DNA from: Veleropilina oligotropha
Lineage: Eukaryota
Assembly (NCBI GenBank): GCA_048128005.1
Contig: JBEUKZ010000010.1
Coordinates: 868,001 to 932,000, forward strand
Direction: 5' to 3'
DNA: 64,000 bases
Both the position numbers and the translations under genes were made by a program. Below are positions 25,123 through 34,834 of the stretch, in pieces (the first letter of the stretch is position 1; the number at the start of each line of letters is the position of its first letter). Under the pieces are notes generated by a model. That model ran no database searches and was not told the origin of the DNA. It saw only the letters and a program-made list of their open reading frames with translations.

Positions 25123-26027
25123 ACAAGTTTATCGAGTTTTTATCGTCGCTCTTTGAACGCGGTATGTCAGTGTCTGCCGTCAAAGGCTATCGGGCAACGG
25201 TCGCGACCACGTTAAAACAGTGCCGTGCCCATCTATCTAGCGATCGAACGATTTCGGATTTTCTACGATCCTACGAACTCGAGATGCCGACCCAAACCAT
25301 ACGGCCACCTGCCTGGAACATCGTTCTCATTCTTAACGCTCTACACTTACCGCCGTACGAGCCTATGTCCACGGCGTCTATGAGGGACTTAACGCACAAA
25401 ACGGTTTTTCTGATCACCTTAGCGTCGGGCAGGCGTTGTTCCGAGATTCATAGCTTATCCGCAGAGCTACGAGACGTTCGCTTCCAGTCAGACGGGTCGG
25501 TGATGCTGCGTCCTATCCTGGGTTTTCTCGCCAAGAATCAACGGCCGAACGAAGACGCACCCGATATTATTATCCCCAAGCTTATGCTGGTCGGAAGGTA
25601 CGATATAGACCGGTTAAACTGCCCCGTGCGGGCCCTGCGCTTCTACCTCGACAGGACCCGTGATATGCGGCAAGGAAAATTACTTTTATTCATTTCGTAT
25701 TTACCTTCATATACTCGCGACATTACGAAGACGACTGTTTCGCGGTGGATTTCACAGGTAGTGAGAGATGTGTACTCTCGCTGTGAAGAAGTAGAACGCA
25801 CTATTTTATCGGTCCGCGTGCACGAGGTCCGTGCAATTGCGGCTTCTATTTCCTTTCGACACAGTTTAAATATCACAGCGTTGCTTCAAGCAGGTTACTG
25901 GCAGAATCCAAATGTCTTTGTTAAACATTGCCTGCGGGATTATTCAACAGGTGCTGATGGTTTGAGCAGTCTACAGTGTGTGGCTGCTCAACGATGTATT
26001 GTTAGACCGAGGTCGTCTAATCAGTGA
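23589..26027 (+). CDS. DIRS tyrosine recombinase ORF overlapping RT; catalytic Tyr apparently replaced by Cys
   Basis: LASGRRCSEI, LAKNQ, CPVRAL, HEVR, GYW and FVKHCLR (HY expected); the same frame is open from 23049 except for one TGA at 23424. Confidence 0.9.
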   Translation: MPTVRSIVSPVRLHENSTGPRSLPTLSRAQGTYAPRRLADPRGVPRSVPPVYELYPVIDEAPGISDQRDKILLRALDDVYVPRSRLRYGPVHRETDPETYAEPTRGYSRHPVIGDNYGATTGHCPRAHRVGSDPATDGSNGQTTVTTGVQGSLDTTDGAVDGSHRSSALVYQHNSSVVEPCFAGPVGSYIPARAERLPVHRRFERRLGWSPRQLRDIRPMVDGPSGTTHQLPRVRSRLPVSTAPLVTSPQQAHNARHGQHDCRRLHPAPGRHSLASPLRPSNRPTPPSDVPQLDDSSTTHPGKAECQSGLALSEITDNTHRVDATQPSSSGRLSPVVTTPSQSVCNRIQLPTTSVCLPVPGPGRPSGRRTVNDMGESVRVCLPPIVHSDTGITEGIERTLRDNANRAPVSHATLVSDPPRSDRRSTVNAPAATGPVNAGAQPCTTSIAERLTFTRLVVIERSLAKKGFSHATALRIYRSRRLSTTKVYDYRWVKYVDWCHSRQVNILRPPVNKFIEFLSSLFERGMSVSAVKGYRATVATTLKQCRAHLSSDRTISDFLRSYELEMPTQTIRPPAWNIVLILNALHLPPYEPMSTASMRDLTHKTVFLITLASGRRCSEIHSLSAELRDVRFQSDGSVMLRPILGFLAKNQRPNEDAPDIIIPKLMLVGRYDIDRLNCPVRALRFYLDRTRDMRQGKLLLFISYLPSYTRDITKTTVSRWISQVVRDVYSRCEEVERTILSVRVHEVRAIAASISFRHSLNITALLQAGYWQNPNVFVKHCLRDYSTGADGLSSLQCVAAQRCIVRPRSSNQ

Positions 26028-26827
26028 GTATTCTTTCTTGATTAATCAATTAAATACTTCGTGCTGACGCAATGTTATTGTTGTGCCTAACTGTTCTATG
26101 AAATAGACACATTATGAGGCGATTCAATGTATGTTCATTTCTTAAAAACATTTTAAGATCTTGATATTCTCATGTCATACCTGAGTATCTTGACAAGCCA
26201 GTTCACATTGAATTTAATAAACAATTATATTGCAAAAAGTCTTATAGGATTTTGAGGTTCAATATTATTGATGTTCTATGCTGTTTAGAACATACGATGT
26301 TCAAGACATTGAAATTTTTTTAATATTTGCTTCCTTAAAATTTATTTTAAGTAACATGTTGTACATGTTAGCCTTTCGCAAGTTGGTCATGCGAATCACT
26401 TATTAATATCGATTATTTATAATAATCTATTAATTCTTTGCTTATGATTTGATATCTTCACTACCTAGCTATTAGGTTCCGTGTGCTTACAAATCCGACT
26501 GCTTCCTCAGGCTACCGGCCTATGGCCCGGAGTCCCATTTGGCTGCCACTGGCCCATGACACGTAAGACCTACAAGGATAATCCTTCCGGCCATGCCTGG
26601 GGCTGAGTGCACTTCCGCTTCACCTCGTCCGACTAACACCACGGCGTATTCTCCCGGTAACACTGGTCGAAATTCTCGCTTGGTAGGGGTAGAATATAAT
26701 ACTCAGTAAATTCCACTCTGGGCGGACACAATCGACGCTTCATGCTGATTGAGATGGTGAAAAGTAAGTCATAATCTTGTTTGGGTTTGTTGTAAGGAAC
26801 TTCTTACCCACCTATCCAAGGTCATTC

Positions 26828-26918
26828 TGGCAAGAGTAAGGACGTAAGTATGTTTGTAACTACATATGAGGTTTTTAATTAAACCTAATATTAGTTAAAA
26901 CATACTTACGTCCTTACT
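26828..26918. repeat. DIRS internal complementary region (ICR)
   Basis: tggcaagag...gtaactacatat is the reverse complement of the left terminus; atgaggtttt...acgtccttact is the reverse complement of the right terminus; the halves overlap at AT. Confidence 0.95.
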
Positions 26919-26978
26919 GCGATTACCCACCCTGCGTTTCGCATTCCTCCCCTCTTACTAAGTTCCTTTGGGGTTCTG

Positions 26979-27218
26979 AACTTTGAATTGAGGTCTTGTG
27001 ACTTTGATGGCTCGGATCTCTCGCGAGACTTGGCGAGATCTCGCCGGGGGAACTTAGGAGAGGTGGAGCAGGGGAGGTAATCGTAGTGGTTTTGACTTAA
27101 AAGGAGTGCATAATGTGACTTTATTCACTGTTTCCGGTTGGCGATAATATGACTATTATGGCAAGAGTAAGGACGTAAGTATGTTTTAACTAATATTAGG
27201 TTTAATTAAAAACCTCAT
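26979..27218 (-). repeat. DIRS right ITR plus right extension
   Basis: Reverse complement of the left ITR followed by taactaatattaggtttaattaaaaacctcat. Confidence 0.95.
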
Positions 27219-27886
27219 TTATTTGACATATGTGTAATTATTTTTCACATATGTAAAATTCTTTTTCACATATGTAGAATTCTTTTTCACATATGTGAAA
27301 TAAAGAGATCATTATACATATGTGTAATAGAATTTCACATATGTGAAAATGAATTATACATATGTGAAAATAATTTTCACATATGTTAAATAAATGGCAT
27401 CCTTTTTACATATGTGCAATTAATTCCACATATGTGTAATAAATAATAAATGTTGCCATACATGCCTGTCTCGCGAGATCGGGGATCCCTCATTTTCTTC
27501 CAAATTCGGAAACATCTGTTTATTTCACATATGTGAAAAAGAATTACACATATGTGAAATAAATATTTTTTTAACATATGTAGAATTCTTTTTCACATAT
27601 GTGAAATAGTATTTCACATATGTGAAAAAGAATTTTACATATGTTGAAAAGAATTGCACATATGTTAAATAAAAGTTTATTTCACATATGTGTAAAACTA
27701 TTTTACATGTGAAAAAGAATTTCACATATGTGAAAAAGAATTTCACATATGTGAAAAAGAATTTCACATATGTGAATATTATTTACACATATGTCAAATA
27801 AATGGTTATTTCACATATGTGAAAAAGAATTACACATATGTGAAAAAGAATTCTACATATGTGAAAAAGAATTTCCCATATGTGAA
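27219..27886. repeat. CACATATGTG satellite, right block
   Basis: Same units as the left block; 27300-27460 is an inverted copy of the IS3EU-like left end with a 10-bp deletion in the TIR. Confidence 0.93.
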
Positions 27887-28550
27887 ATAAATAATAAATG
27901 CTAAAACGGCTTGCCATAGAAAGCAGTATAATACTACTTTCACACTACAACTCGGAATAATTTCGAGTTGGCCTCAACTCGTGTTCCGCCCCAGCATAAC
28001 CAGTGTTGATGTGTTCACATTACAAGTAGATCGATCCGAGTTTCGGGATATAGAGCTCTATGCCGCAGTGTATTGTAGTTGAAGATGATTAGCGATAATT
28101 TACATGTTCTTTTCTTACTCTTTGGCATATTGCATATACTAGTATACTCCCCTCCGGCCAGGTATAGTGGCGTAACCTGAGAATAAACATGATAGACAAA
28201 GGCGGGTTTCATGTTTTAGAACGAAATTAATACATATAAATCCATATAAATCCGTAATCCATTTAATAATTTTAATGACCCTATTTATTATAATGACACT
28301 TGCACAGCATTCCGAGAGAACAAAAGAAATGATGGCATTAATACTACTTTCACTCTATACAACTCGGAATAATTTCGAGTTGGCCTCGACTCGGGTTCCG
28401 CCCCAGCATAACCCGTGTTGATGTGTTCACATTACAAGTAGATCGATCCGAGTTTCGGGATATAGAGCTCTATGCGGCAGTGTATTGTAGTTGAAGATGA
28501 TTAGCGATACTTTACATGTTCTTTTCTTACTCTTGGGCATATTGCATATA

Positions 28551-29768
28551 TAGAGGATATTAAACGAGATCCCATTTCATATCAAATTTATGTCACGAGT
28601 GATGAAGTTTTTATTTCACAAGCCTTGGCGAGTGAAATAAAAACTTCATCACGAGTGACATAAATTTGATATGAAATGGGATCGAGTTTAATGTTCTTTT
28701 TATCACATTACTACAAATATGGCAATTACATTGCAATACTTGCATATTAGTCTCTGTTGAAGAAACCAAATCACTTCGTTGTGTAGTGCGCACTTTAAAA
28801 TAGTCCGCTTGCAAAAGCCCAGAAACACTGATATAAATAACGTGTTTGTAACATAACTATTAACAAAATATTTATTAGCAAGAACTGTAAACAATATTTA
28901 GGAATTTGGATGTTCGTTATAAACAGATATCAACCAGACAGTAATCAATTATTTATAGACAATAAACAATTATTTTTTCATTCTGGGGAATGCGCCGTAG
29001 CGATCGTGTCGTGCCCAGTGGCTGGAATTTTATCGCTGTGAATGTGCACTTCTATGCTTCCACCGATACATTTCCACCTATTAAAGTGTGGAGGCCACCG
29101 TACTCATTTACGACGGATGTTTGCCGAGAAGAAATACAGCGTTTAAACTATTGTCCCGCTTTTCTGAATGACTCTGGATTCGGATTTGTTGTGATGTGAA
29201 AATTTACACAAGTTTATTGAGATCTGCAGGTGGAATATCTTGGATACTTCTACGTTCATTAAATTGAGGCTGCGAAAGAAAACGGGCAAGTAGTTGTAAA
29301 TCATATAATGTTTTGTTTTTTGTATTTATGTTTGCTTGTGCGATTACAATATCCTCAACATATGTGTCCGTAACCGAGACGAACCTGTTGTTTATGTTTG
29401 AAATTTATGTTGGCTGCTCTGCACTCGGGGGTTTCGAACTCGTAGCCATATGATCTTGTGGAAAGTCTATTTCTATGTCGGTACCGTCAATTAAACGTGT
29501 ATAAACTTGTACACCCTGTTCATTTGTTATCACATTCAAAACACTGGCTGATCCTCTTCCGTCTATAGTTATTTTACACCCGATTTCATATTTGTTTACG
29601 ATAATTTTATCCATTTTCGCAAAGTAGTAATTAAAATAGTACGGCGCATTGATAGTGATGACGTTTTATTGACCAATCACAATCGTCAAAAAATGTTATG
29701 ACACGGTTTAATAACATGTGTTATGTAATGGCTAGAAAGCCAACATTACACAGCATTCATGTGATAAA
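28551..29768 (-). mobile_element. Internally deleted Crypton-like element inserted in MITE copy C
   Basis: Removal restores attgcatata|ctagtatac with no TSD; terminal palindrome centred on gccttggcga; tttatcacat/atgtgataaa inverted pair; coding remnant inside. Confidence 0.75.
29204..29614 (-). pseudogene. Crypton/DUF3504-type recombinase N-terminal remnant
   Basis: After an in-frame TAA (29405-29407) the frame continues NRFVSVTDTYVEDIVIAQANINTKNKTLYDLQLLARFLSQPQFNERRSIQDIPPADLNKLV, resembling the region preceding Crypton/ZMYM/QRICH1-type YR domains. Confidence 0.65.
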
Positions 29769-31015
29769 CTAGTATACTCCCCTCCGACCAGGTATATAGT
29801 GGCGTAACCTAGAATAAACATGATAGACAAAGGCGGGTTTCATGGTTTAGAACGAATCTAATACATACAAAGCGCCGTAATACATTTAATAAGTTTAATG
29901 ACCCTATTTATTATAATAACATTTGCACAGCATTCCGAGAGAACGAAAGAAATGATGGCATTTAGTGCACTCTCCTACGCAGAGACTGGAGAGTGCTCAG
30001 ACTGGAGAGCATTTAATTCGAGAACGGTGTGCTAAGCATGCGCAGTCCCGATATGTCACAAAAGTTTTAAAAAATGAAGGAAATCACCAACTAAATACAC
30101 ATTTAGAAATATTCGCGCTGTTTGCGTGATCAAGGGATCACATTCATTGGCCCAATCATTCGTTATCCGGAAATAGTTGCGACTCCAAATACAACTCGAA
30201 TTGAATCCTGCTACTTTACCGGAGTGTCACCCGAATCATATTCGCAAGCAACCCGGATAATAAGGCGTATAGTGTGAACACTTCAACCCGGGATGAAACC
30301 GAGTTAAAGCCCAGTGTGAAAACGGCTTTAGAGAGCTGCTCGTCCAGTACACCGAACACTAGGCTACTTTCCGCCAGTCTTCTATAAAACCGTTGCTAAG
30401 AATAAAAGCTTGATTATTATTTGATCACACCACAAGACCCAATGAAACGCTAGCAAATACCAAGTTGCATGGCACAGTTGAGGCCGCCGGTTAACCGACG
30501 ACGCGGTTAGTCAAAGTGAATTTATATGGACGACGTAAAGGGCTGGACTGGAAGATAGACCATTGACCTAATCCGCCGTGGTGGGGACAACATCGAGTTG
30601 GCGCATCATCAACTAGGTAGGTTAGCATAAATTACAATAAGAGACAATTACTAAGTCGGCTCTCTTATATATAAGTCTCGAGCTAGCAGAATGTCTCGAC
30701 TTTAACCGAGGTCAATTCGGTGCCATAAATGTCCTCGAGTGTGTCCGGAATGATAACAACCCGAGTTTGACCGAAGTGCAGTAGGGGCGAACTACTACCC
30801 CGAGTGCAGGATGTGTTCTCCCAGAGCGGACCCGAGTGATCCCCGAATTCACCCCGTGTTTCACACTCGGGATACTATGAGCGGGCACCGGGCCCAAACG
30901 GGAAGCTCGAGGCAATTTCCTATGCCCGATGCGCGCCTCGGTCGAGCAAGCGCAAAACTCTCGGGCGGTGACTGGAGTTGCCAAGAAATACCGGCGTGCT
31001 CACCGAGTCCACCAG

Positions 31016-31610
31016 GGCCCAGTTGTTCAAAACCCTGGAAAAGCTATTTACTGGATAAATGTGACTTATGCACTGGATAAAATTTTATCCAGTGGATAGG
31101 CTGTTATTCAAAACTTGTTTATCCTGTGGATAGCTTATCCAATGGATACATTTTATCCAAAGGTAATAGGTGGGTTAAATCATTATCCACTGGATAGTAA
31201 CCAAGGGTAACCGATGTTATCAAATCATCGACGTCATACGTCACAAATTTAATGACATAAAACGTCAACAAAGACGACATTGTAATGAAAATGCTGAACA
31301 TAATATTGTTTTGAATTTTAAAGTGACAAATGACGTTCTATGAACTCCACACTTACTACTTTCCAATATAATAAATAAATATTTCCCTCACCCTACGACA
31401 TGTTGGAAGTAGCATTGCATTAAATAGGTGCATTATGGGATAGTTGCCCCAGGTAACAAAACTTTATCTAGTGGATAAATTCCTTATCCAGCGGATAGCT
31501 ATTCTGTGGATAAATGTTCTTTGAACAACCGTGGATAAAGTGATGGATAGCTATCCCCTGTTTAGGCTTATTCTGTGGATAGTTTATCCAGGGTTTTGAA
31601 CAACCGGGCC
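31016..31610. mobile_element. PIF/Harbinger-like MITE with CAG TSD, nested in a GC-rich older element (~30700-31680)
   Basis: TIR ggcccagttgttcaaaaccctgga/tccagggttttgaacaaccgggcc; TSD CAG at 31013-31015 and 31611-31613; many internal tggata/tatcca motifs. Confidence 0.88.
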
Positions 31611-32523
31611 CAGGAGTAACCCCGTTCTTCCCCAAGCGCTCACTCGGGACGGACTCTGCTACCTATGTGACAGCCGTTTAATTAAAGCTAATGTTAACAC
31701 CATTTCTAAGGTTTAATCAACAAAACACGCATTAAATTATATATAACGAACCATGTTCTCCCTCAGCTAGCTCAGAGTTAGTTGTACCGGTTGGAGTTCA
31801 TTCCCTTTAACTGATGATCGAAAGTAAATGCTTTATCGAGAGTTATCTCCCTTTATATGCTCACAGGTAGGCCTAAAAGTACCAATTATTGCATCTCCGG
31901 AAAAGATTTGAGGGATACTATTCTCTGGGGATTGTCTTCGTTTCGCCGCCGTTTCCCATCGATTTTATTGTCTCCGATCAACAATCAACAGTTATTATCT
32001 TATAATCCGATTTTTGTCAAATTTAATATGCAAATTAATTAGGACTAGCTTTAACACGTGCTCCGCGCGGTGAAATATGTCCTTCATGTTGTTCGTTCAA
32101 CTTTGATATTTAGCTGACATTAGGTTGCGTTATGTAACGTTCACTACAATTAGACTCTCCCTTGCACACAGTGAACGAAGCATGGGCACTCCCACTGGAC
32201 CAGTGATTCTGTATGAATAAGACAAAAATATAAATTCTTGATATTTTCCTTTCGTCACACTCGTCAATTTGACAAAGATCTGTCTCTCGGTGATGAAGAA
32301 ACCCGACTTAAAGAAACATAAACTGCGTATTTATATATAAGATGAGGTTACGACCCTACACCATTCGACATTTTTGCATTCAATGTGGCAGCGGTGGCGA
32401 AGGTGCACTCGATATTGTTGACTGGGGGATTATTTTAGTTATAGAAGCTGCTTTGACAACCACCAACAAAGATTACAACTGTTCGTTTGCAGATACGGAT
32501 TACTGGTATTTTCGTTTTATTGG

Positions 32524-32695
32524 TGGGCCGTTTCGACAGTCGTGTGGTTTCGGTTGTGGACTCCGAAAAATCACTGGCTTGATTCCACTTATGCGAACAG
32601 TATAGCGAGTTCAAACATCGGCAGGGACATAATCACAGTATTGTTGTCCTTATAACTGGTCGGAGAGGGTGGGTTTCCCCGGCGACCGGGATTAG
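32524..32695 (+). mobile_element. tRNA-derived SINE, same family as 10558-10821
   Basis: actggcttgattccacttatgcgaac, B box gagttcaaac, core gttgtcc...gagggtgggttt...ggcgaccggg. Confidence 0.7.
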
Positions 32696-34834
32696 AGTTA
32701 CGCTACTTTCTTTACAGCACCGACGGCGCTGGTATACTAGTAAATGTATGAAGGAATGTAGGGTGAATAACGAAATGGTTCGGCAATAGCCATACGATCA
32801 GTAATTAACAGTAACTTGCAGCGTATATCTCCAACGACATGAACTTCCTGCGCTTATTGCAAACGAATGGGTTCATTACCATGCGACTTACAATTGATTC
32901 GGACGGCCAGAGTCACTTCTGGAGGTGATGCCTCGCCCCAAAAGACCACCAGGAAACCGGTTTATTACAACATTGTTATTCAGTATCGACAATACAGAAA
33001 TGTATATTGTCCGTCTTGTAACACACATTTAGGTTTCATAAAAGAACATCGTTCCATACATCTTTATGAAAAATACCCCATATATGCGCACTTCAAGTAA
33101 AGTAACAATCGTATATCAGGTAATTTTCGACTAAGGTCTTTCAGACATCAATTTTATGGTGAACCTTGTAGGTTTCGACTTTTGCATGAGTAGGCCTACC
33201 GGGAAACAATGTCGTCTTCTTGAAAACACGCGCTGTCGACCAAATTAAAGATCATACATCTTGATTATCATTCAGGGTGGCAACGTTTGTTTTATTTGAA
33301 TTAGGATGACACAAAATCGTGGCCAATAAGCATGTCCGTTTTATTGAGTGAAACGCAAGTCTCCTTGCATCAGAGGGAAATGATTTCGTGCAACAACTAA
33401 CGCCAAACTCTCTTATCATTTGATTTTCATGGCGGATTAATCAAACACATTCGCGATGACACCCATAGAACATCTCTCGTAACCAGATACTGACAAGTAA
33501 GCAGGTGCTAGCATACACTGAGACCGCCGGGAATCGGCTATTTTCATGAAGTGCATGGCCGCTCTTGCCGAACCCACCATTTGTCGGCAGCAATCTCCGG
33601 CCGTTTGTCTCCCTTTGTAGAATGAACATTTATGGGGTTCTACATCGATACTCTATTATTGGAGTCGCCGGTTTCATTTCTGTCGGTATCTGAAGCCGCA
33701 AATATAGCTGACTGGCCATTGAGGTTCATGCCTAGACAGGCAGGCTCATGTCCGTTTCAGTTGTGAGCCCTTGGAGAAAATCAATTTCATCTCTAGTTCT
33801 GATTGCTTACGGTTTACGTAACGTATGCGTAAAACAACAAAACAATGCACTTCAAACATTTACTTTTTGTCATATATAATAATATTAACAAATATGCATA
33901 AAATTATAGAAAACATGCATTCGCAACAAAAGTTTCAAACAATGCGATATTCAAGGTATTAAAATTGATTATGACATTTTAAAATCGTAAAAGTAACATC
34001 GCATTTTGTGAGCAGGAATAGCATTAAAATCGCATCAATTTACAACAAATCTCGTTTTTCTTCTCATGACATGACAGTTTGTCTCATATGATTGATATGC
34101 TTATGGTGCAAATTATACGATTTTTGTGTCACACTCTGCGTTCAAGGCCATACGTCGAAACCGAAACCGCGCCGATTCCGTTTCGGTGGTGCTTTTCACA
34201 TATGAAAGCCGATTCATACCATATCCACGAACAGACAACACGTGACCTCAACCAGATGAATTTACTATATCAATTCTTCAAACATCAGGTCGTCTGGCTA
34301 CAAATTCTTTTTTGCAAGTATGGGGACACTCGGTTGTGTTATGTTTTTACTCGTCAGATGAATGTATAAATGAATTTTGCACTTAGATAAATCCATAGCC
34401 ACGTGCATGGTGATAATTATTGAACATTGAATTATTAATACCATATGTGTGAGATTGATACCGACGTTTATTAATTTACGTTCGTAATGAAAGTATGACA
34501 ATCTCCTCGTGTGATGTTTTCAATGCTCGTAGTCTAATATCATCACAGCGAACATGTTGGACGTCGTACCAAACTCTCCGCAATGCGGTAACTTAATTAT
34601 GTTACCGGTCTTACGACGCGCGTTATTTCATTTTGCCACGTGGCGCAGCTAAGCCATATTATCTTGAGAAAGCAAAATTCTTTTACCCCATTTTACAAAA
34701 TATATCTATTTTGCTATATATTTTTTAATTGCTGATAGTCATATTTCGAATCGGGGTTTTCATTATCACTTTTAAACTTAATATCAAATGCACGAATGGC
34801 TATTTAGCTGACAGACATGCGTAGTCACCGGTAG

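Larger units (their letters stand above)
19871..27218 (+). mobile_element. Full-length DIRS1-like tyrosine-recombinase retrotransposon (~7.35 kb)
   Basis: 208-bp ITRs (19883-20090 and 26979-27186, 1 mismatch seen); right extension 27187-27218; ICR 26828-26918 complementary to both termini; gag, RT-RNaseH-MTase and YR ORFs; no TSD. Confidence 0.97.
18704..27918. mobile_element. IS3EU-like non-autonomous DNA transposon composed of CACATATGTG satellite
   Basis: Perfect 33-bp TIR tatggcaagccgttttagcatttattatttatt; 6-bp TSD GAAAGC at 18698-18703 and 27919-27924. TAYGG ends with a 6-bp TSD match the IS3EU description. Confidence 0.8.
17569..27928 (+). mobile_element. PIF/Harbinger-like MITE copy A (own sequence 17569-18703 plus 27925-27928; interrupted by the IS3EU-like element)
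   Basis: TAA + agccgctttcacact ... agtgtgaaagc[insert]agta + TAA; internal ~153-bp tandem duplication at ~18220-18527; homologous in inverted orientation to 27932-30327. Confidence 0.75.
27932..30327 (-). mobile_element. Inverted Harbinger-like MITE copies B (27932-~28339, partial) and C (28342-30327)
   Basis: Both begin TAA + tactactttcac; C ends agtgtgaaaacggct + TTA; reverse-complement homology to 17569-18703. Confidence 0.8.

Noticed and set aside
21189..25876. Many short minus-strand ORFs inside the DIRS
   Set aside because: Shadows of GC-rich, stop-poor dual-coding sequence; no recognisable motifs
26740..26775. ctgattga...gaaa as a hammerhead ribozyme core, and nearby cctcgt as an HDV-like ribozyme
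   Set aside because: Core is not CUGANGA and I could not build the required stems or pseudoknot by eye
27386..27767. Repetitive ORFs (FFTYVK, FHICE repeats)
   Set aside because: Translation of the CACATATGTG satellite
18736..27886. CACATATGTG repeats as a CRISPR-like array
   Set aside because: Spacers are ~11 bp, AT-rich and recurrent rather than unique; no cas genes; eukaryotic context; bounded by TIRs and a TSD
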